DNA from: a virus
Taxonomy: Duplodnaviria > Caudoviricetes
IMG/VR virus record: IMGVR_UViG_3300002307_000184
Location: 1-27,914 of that record
Length of the DNA: 27,914 nt
Reading direction: 5' to 3' (one strand)
Shown here: one piece after another, positions 23,386-27,914 of the stretch
Layout: the number at the start of each line of letters is the position of its first letter
Position numbering within the stretch: the first letter of the stretch is position 1
The notes under the pieces: model-generated
What the model was told of the DNA's origin: nothing
Databases searched by the model: none
Seen by the model: the letters and a program-made list of their open reading frames with translations, nothing else
Translations under genes and position numbers: made by a program

Positions 23386-24060
23386 GTGGCTGCGAAAACT
23401 CTGGCCAACATTACCGCCGACATCGAAAGTTATACGACTTACACGTCGGCGGATTTTATTGCCCAGATCCCAACTTTCATTCAGGAGTCGGAAGAACGTA
23501 TCTGGTACGTTATTCAACTTCCGAATTTCAAACGCGGGCAGACGGGCACGCTGACTATCGGCAATCCATACTTGGCACTCCCCGGTGACTTCTTGGCCCC
23601 AGCTAGTCTGGCCGTCATCGATCCGATCACCGGCGACTATACCTACCTGCTCAACAAGGATGTCAGCTACATCCGGCAGGTCTGGCCGAACCCCGCAACC
23701 ACCGCCACGCCGTCTGCCTACTCGCTGTTCGACGCGGACGTGAACAACACCGCGATCCTGATGGGCCCGTCGCCCGACAAGACCTACAGCGTCGAGCTCA
23801 ACTATTTCTACCGCCCCGGTTCGCTGGTCGACAACCCGAGCGGCACCTGGCTCAGCGAGTTCGCCTATGACGCGCTTCTCTATGGGGCTCTCTCGGAGTC
23901 CGCGAATTGGATGAAGAAAACCGCGGGCATCGACAGCATGGGCGACACCTACGAAGCGCGCTTCGTCAGCGCCTGCGCCGCGCTCAAGAACCTCGGCGAG
24001 GGCCGGGATCGTAAAGACACTTACCGCGGCGGCGAGCTGCGTCATGCAGAGGGACCGTAA
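23386..24060 (+). CDS. Putative adaptor/tail tubular-type protein
   Basis: FIAQIPTFIQESEERI, GPSPDKTYSVELNYFYRP and DALLYGALSE motifs. Confidence 0.75.
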   Translation: MAAKTLANITADIESYTTYTSADFIAQIPTFIQESEERIWYVIQLPNFKRGQTGTLTIGNPYLALPGDFLAPASLAVIDPITGDYTYLLNKDVSYIRQVWPNPATTATPSAYSLFDADVNNTAILMGPSPDKTYSVELNYFYRPGSLVDNPSGTWLSEFAYDALLYGALSESANWMKKTAGIDSMGDTYEARFVSACAALKNLGEGRDRKDTYRGGELRHAEGP

Positions 24061-24507
24061 ATGGCAATTTCGCAGGCCATGGCAACATCGTTCAAGCAGC
24101 AGCTGCTTGTGGCCGGGCACGACTTCACCAACTCCACCGGCGACACGTTCAAGCTGGCGCTATTCCGCGCTCAGGCGTCGATCGTCGGGACGTTCGGTGC
24201 CGGCACGACCAACTATTCCGACATGGGCGCCGACGAAGCGAGTGGCACCAACTACACGGCGGGCGGCGCGGCGCTGACCAACGTCACCCCGACGTCCTCC
24301 GGCACGACGGCGCTCACCGACTTCGCCGATCTGGCCTTCGCCAATGTCACCATCACCGCCTCGGGCGCGCTGATCTACAATTCGTCGAAGTCCAACAAGG
24401 CCGTGTGCGTGCTGAACTTCGGCGGCGACAAAACCTATACGGCGCAGACCATGACCATCGTATTTCCGACCGCTGACGCCAATAACGCGATCATCCGGTT
24501 GGTCTAG
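24061..24507 (+). CDS. Tail structural protein
   Basis: MAISQAMATSFKQQLL...TFKLALF...NYTAGG...GALIYN...AIIRL. Confidence 0.75.
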   Translation: MAISQAMATSFKQQLLVAGHDFTNSTGDTFKLALFRAQASIVGTFGAGTTNYSDMGADEASGTNYTAGGAALTNVTPTSSGTTALTDFADLAFANVTITASGALIYNSSKSNKAVCVLNFGGDKTYTAQTMTIVFPTADANNAIIRLV

Positions 24508-24522
24508 CACAAGGAGATTACC

Positions 24523-24954
24523 GTGGGTAAGAGCACGACTACTTCAAACAACCTCTTAAAGCTAATTTTTAACGCCACCAACTGGTCGCTGATCGCCGAC
24601 AATACGGCCACTACGCCGCTGACCAACTTGTTCGTGGCGCTGCACACGGCGGACCCCGGCGTCGGCGGCACGCAGTCGACCAACGAGGTGACCTACACCT
24701 CCTACGCGCGGGTATCGGTGGCGCGCACCACCGGCGGCTGGACCGCGTCTTCGGCCGCGTCTACCTCGCCGGTGGCAGCAATCACCTTCCCGGCAGGTAC
24801 CGGCGGATCGGGCACCGCGACGTATTTCTCGATCGGTACGCTGACCTCGGGCGCGGGTGTGATCCTCTACAGCGGAACTGTGACACCTAACATCGTCACC
24901 GGCAACGGCATCACGCCCCAGCTGACGACCGCTAGTACGATCACGGAGTCCTGA
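24523..24954 (+). CDS. Tail fibre-associated structural protein
   Basis: LFVALHTADPG...NEVTYTSYARVSV...ITFPA motif; AAGGAG RBS. Confidence 0.75.
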   Translation: MGKSTTTSNNLLKLIFNATNWSLIADNTATTPLTNLFVALHTADPGVGGTQSTNEVTYTSYARVSVARTTGGWTASSAASTSPVAAITFPAGTGGSGTATYFSIGTLTSGAGVILYSGTVTPNIVTGNGITPQLTTASTITES

Positions 24955-24956
24955 CC

Positions 24957-25139
24957 ATGCCGATCGTGTCTGCAGTTGGAACCGCCGTGGCCCACGGCGG
25001 CACGGGTGAAGAAGGCGACCGCCTGAAGCGCATCGAGGCCGCAATGGCTGCCGCCGTTGCCAAGGCGCAGGCCGAGGGTGTCACCGACCAGGATGTCATT
25101 CGCGAGCGGATTCTCGCGGCGCGCGGCGCCGCGAGATAA
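24957..25139 (+). CDS. Small hypothetical protein
   Basis: 60 aa, GGAG RBS. Confidence 0.65.
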   Translation: MPIVSAVGTAVAHGGTGEEGDRLKRIEAAMAAAVAKAQAEGVTDQDVIRERILAARGAAR

Positions 25140-25152
25140 AGGGGGCTGACGC

Positions 25153-26547
25153 ATGGCTGGGCCGCTCTACTACGATCGAGTGCAGGAGACGAGCACCACT
25201 ACCGGCACGGGCACTTACACCCTTGCCGGCGCCGTCGTTGGTTTCCAGGCGTTCTCGGTCATCGGCAACTCTAACACCTGCTACTACACGGCGACCGACG
25301 GCACAAATTGGGAAGTAGGGCTGGGCACCTACACCCTCGCGGGTACCCTCCTGGCCCGTACTGTGGTCCTAGCGTCGTCCAACGCTGGTTCTGCTGTCAG
25401 CTGGGCGGCTGGCACTAAGTCAGTGTGGCTGGACAACCCCGCAGCGGCCCTCGGGAGTGGCTTCGCATCGACGGCGACTGCTGGCGGCACCACCGTCCTG
25501 ACCGTCTCAAGCCCCCACATCCAGGAGTTTACGGGCACCCTGGCGCAGACTATCACCCTACCGGTGGTGTCGACGCTGGCCCCGGGCCAGCGCATCTACT
25601 TCATCAACCGAAGCACACTCCCACTGACGATCAACTCGTCGGGTGGTAACCTGGTAGCGACGATCCCACCCCTGTCGTCGGGCAACGTTACCTGCGTGTT
25701 GATCACTGGTACCACGGCTGCATCTTGGGACGCCACGGGCGTCATGGGTACAGTTCGTGAGCTTCTGACGGCTACCCGTAACTACTACGTCCTGACCACT
25801 GGCAGCGATAGTAACAACGGGCTAAGCAATACAGCGGGCGGCGCATTCCTTACCATCCAGAAGGCCGTGAACGTCGTTTATGGCACGCTCGATTTTGGTG
25901 GACAGACCGTAAATATTAACGTCGGCGCAGGCAGCTACGCCGCTGGGGCTATCATAATCGGCCCGCAGCCCGGACCCGGTGTGCTCGTTTTCATCGGCGA
26001 CACGACGACGCCAAGTAACGTTGTTATTACCGCGACCAGCGCCTACTGTTTCAATGTTAAAGGCGCGGCAATAAACGTCTCCGGGTTTAAGCTATCTACT
26101 GTCACTGCTGGGGACTGTATACTCGTATCGCAGGGCGGTGTAGTTAACATCATGGGTAAGATGGATTTTGCTGCTTGCGCATGGAACCATATGAATGCTA
26201 ACACTGACTCGCAGATATTGGCAAACAACGGTATACTTACCGCATACAACATCACCGGCTCCGCTGGCTTTTGTCACCAAACTGCGGTTGGTGCCGGGGC
26301 AAAATGCTCTGTCCAGTTGGTGACTGTTACAATAACTGGAACCCCCTCATTCGGAACCGCCTACGCCCAAGCATCCTACAACGGGGTGACGGAAGCTAAC
26401 GCAAATACCTTCTCGGGCTCGGCTACGGGCAAGAGGTTTGATGCTAGTAACAACGGTATCGTGTTGACGGGTGGCGCGACGCTTCCAGGCAGCATTGCCG
26501 GGACGGGCACCAACTCTGGCGTCACTCCGTGGGGGTTGCAAGTATGA
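25153..26547 (+). CDS. Tail fibre/spike protein
   Basis: N-terminal DRVQETSTTTGTG...WEVGLGTY anchor; YYVLTTGSDSNNGL...FLTIQKAV beta-helix cap in the C-terminal half. Confidence 0.8.
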   Translation: MAGPLYYDRVQETSTTTGTGTYTLAGAVVGFQAFSVIGNSNTCYYTATDGTNWEVGLGTYTLAGTLLARTVVLASSNAGSAVSWAAGTKSVWLDNPAAALGSGFASTATAGGTTVLTVSSPHIQEFTGTLAQTITLPVVSTLAPGQRIYFINRSTLPLTINSSGGNLVATIPPLSSGNVTCVLITGTTAASWDATGVMGTVRELLTATRNYYVLTTGSDSNNGLSNTAGGAFLTIQKAVNVVYGTLDFGGQTVNINVGAGSYAAGAIIIGPQPGPGVLVFIGDTTTPSNVVITATSAYCFNVKGAAINVSGFKLSTVTAGDCILVSQGGVVNIMGKMDFAACAWNHMNANTDSQILANNGILTAYNITGSAGFCHQTAVGAGAKCSVQLVTVTITGTPSFGTAYAQASYNGVTEANANTFSGSATGKRFDASNNGIVLTGGATLPGSIAGTGTNSGVTPWGLQV

Positions 26548-27098
26548 CAACAAAATACTGGATTGTCGGAGAGGATCGCTCACGCTGGTACTCGGTCGAC
26601 GCGCAGGCGTATATTCAACCGGAACCCACGTGGATTGAGCTGGGTCTTCGGCCGAGTACGGCTCTCGACGAGAGTACGCTCTGGAGTATCCTCGCTGCCA
26701 GCGAACCTACTGGCATCGCCCCCGATAACGTCGCCGGCCAGGCCGCGGTAACGGCACTTCTGCGGGAAGCGATCGACGTTGAGCGGGAGGTGCGTATCGC
26801 CCTACCCCTCACCGTAACTCTTACCGCTGGTACCTTCCAGATCAACATGGATGCCGAGAGCATTCGCAACCTGGGGGGCCTCTCTACGGTCGGTATCCTG
26901 GGAAAACTAGCTGGGTCGGTGACGACCGTGCGCTTCCGCGACTTTGCGAACGTTCCGCACGATCTAGGGCCTGATGACCTGACCTCGATGGGGCTTCAGG
27001 CGCAGGCTCGGGTCAGCGCCGTCTATGTAAAAAGCTGGGCGATCAAGGCAATGGTGCCGATCCCGACCAACTACGCCGACGACAGTTTCTGGTCGTAG
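26544..27098 (+). CDS. Tail fibre assembly protein, DUF4376-like
   Basis: ATGA-coupled to the fibre gene; C-terminal FRDFANVPHDL...ADDSFW pattern. Confidence 0.7.
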   Translation: MTTKYWIVGEDRSRWYSVDAQAYIQPEPTWIELGLRPSTALDESTLWSILAASEPTGIAPDNVAGQAAVTALLREAIDVEREVRIALPLTVTLTAGTFQINMDAESIRNLGGLSTVGILGKLAGSVTTVRFRDFANVPHDLGPDDLTSMGLQAQARVSAVYVKSWAIKAMVPIPTNYADDSFWS

Positions 27099-27112
27099 CC
27101 TAGGAGCCTGCA

Positions 27113-27216
27113 ATGCTTGGCTTCAGCGCGGTATCGGAAGTGTCACCAACTTGGCGCAGGCGCGCGCCGTGCTCGGGCAACTGATACTTCTCGTCGGCGG
27201 CAACCCGCTGAGTTAA
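27113..27216 (+). pseudogene. Probable gene-fusion remnant
   Basis: AGGAG plus MLGFSAVSE (like the start of the next gene), stop after 23 codons; another frame reads VTNLAQARAVLGQLILLVGGNPLS-stop. Confidence 0.5.
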
Positions 27217-27260
27217 AATCGGGCGCAGGCCGCTCCCGGCCCAGGAGGCGCAGGGTCTAA

Positions 27261-27914
27261 ATGCTCGCATTCGGGCCTATCTCCAGTCAGCCGATCAGCG
27301 CCGATCCGATCGGCTCGTTGGCAAGCGCGGCGGGCGTCGGCACGGCCACCGGCGTCGGAGTAGCCACCACCACGGCGGTGGGCGCGAGCGCTGGTGCGGC
27401 AACGGTTACCGGTGTAGGCCGGTCGACGGCGGCTTCCGTAGGCGCGAGCGCTGGGGCGGCAACGGTTACCGGCGTAGGCCGGTCGACGGCGGCTTCCGTA
27501 GGTGCCGTTGCGGGCGTTGGCACGGCTACCAGCATCGGCGCGTCGTCCGCGGTCGCTGTCGCGGCTTCTTCTGGCGCCGGGACAGCCACCGGCGTCGGCA
27601 AAGCGCTCAAGCTAGCGGTAGGGTCCTCGGCCGGAGCCGGAGCAGCAACCGGGGTAGGCGCGTCAGTAGCGTCAGCCGTTGCTACCTCAGCGGGGGCGGG
27701 AACAGCAACCGGGGTAGGCGCGTCAGTAGCGTCAGCCGTTGCTACCTCAGCGGGGGCGGGAACAGCAACCGGGGTAGGCGCGTCAGTAGCGTCAGCCATT
27801 GCTACCTCAGCGGGGGCGGGAACTGCCACCGGCGTCGGAGTAGCCGCCACCACGGCGGTGGGCGCGAGCGCTGGTGCGGCAACGGTTACCGGCGTAGGCC
27901 GGTCGACGGCGGCT
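27261..27914 (+). CDS. Ala/Gly/Ser/Thr/Val-rich repeat fibre protein, runs off window edge
   Basis: MLAFGPISSQPISADP then 20-aa repeats; no stop to the window end. The minus-strand ORF in the track is its shadow. Confidence 0.85.
   Translation, partial: MLAFGPISSQPISADPIGSLASAAGVGTATGVGVATTTAVGASAGAATVTGVGRSTAASVGASAGAATVTGVGRSTAASVGAVAGVGTATSIGASSAVAVAASSGAGTATGVGKALKLAVGSSAGAGAATGVGASVASAVATSAGAGTATGVGASVASAVATSAGAGTATGVGASVASAIATSAGAGTATGVGVAATTAVGASAGAATVTGVGRSTAA
27325..27914. repeat. 60-bp tandem repeats with 480-bp higher-order duplication
   Basis: Near-identical units at about 27643-27822; 27345-27434 recurs at 27825-27914. Confidence 0.9.

Noticed and set aside
25153-27914. Diversity-generating retroelement or invertible tail-fibre cassette
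   Set aside because: No reverse transcriptase, template/variable repeat pair, invertase or inverted fibre segments in this window.

Overview
A GC-rich tailed-phage genome segment (podovirus-type head/tail module; host probably an alphaproteobacterium, by inference). No host genes, integrase, rRNA, tRNA or CRISPR array were seen. Left arm (1-6560, minus strand): many small early/accessory genes, including a Gly-X repeat protein, a DUF6948-like protein, two membrane micropeptides, a degenerate HNH protein and a truncated beta-clamp homologue. These genes are separated by families of repeated hairpin-plus-RBS elements that give a cassette-like layout. Right arm (6752-end, plus strand): terS, a repeat-rich non-coding block (candidate packaging/terminus region), an orphan adenine MTase, a LexA-like wHTH protein, terL, portal, GroES-like co-chaperonin, scaffold, major capsid protein, an inserted endonuclease VII-type nuclease, head-tail proteins and tail fibres. 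Most notable: (i) unrelated early genes sharing near-identical structured 5' and 3' flanks; (ii) a candidate phage-encoded sRNA with a CCUCCUCCC (cuckoo-like, anti-Shine-Dalgarno) loop, its own promoter and a terminator; (iii) phased palindromes and a 15-bp tandem array after terS; (iv) an apparent AUC start codon; (v) a deletion scar in the tail region. All family assignments come from motif recognition by eye, not from database searches.
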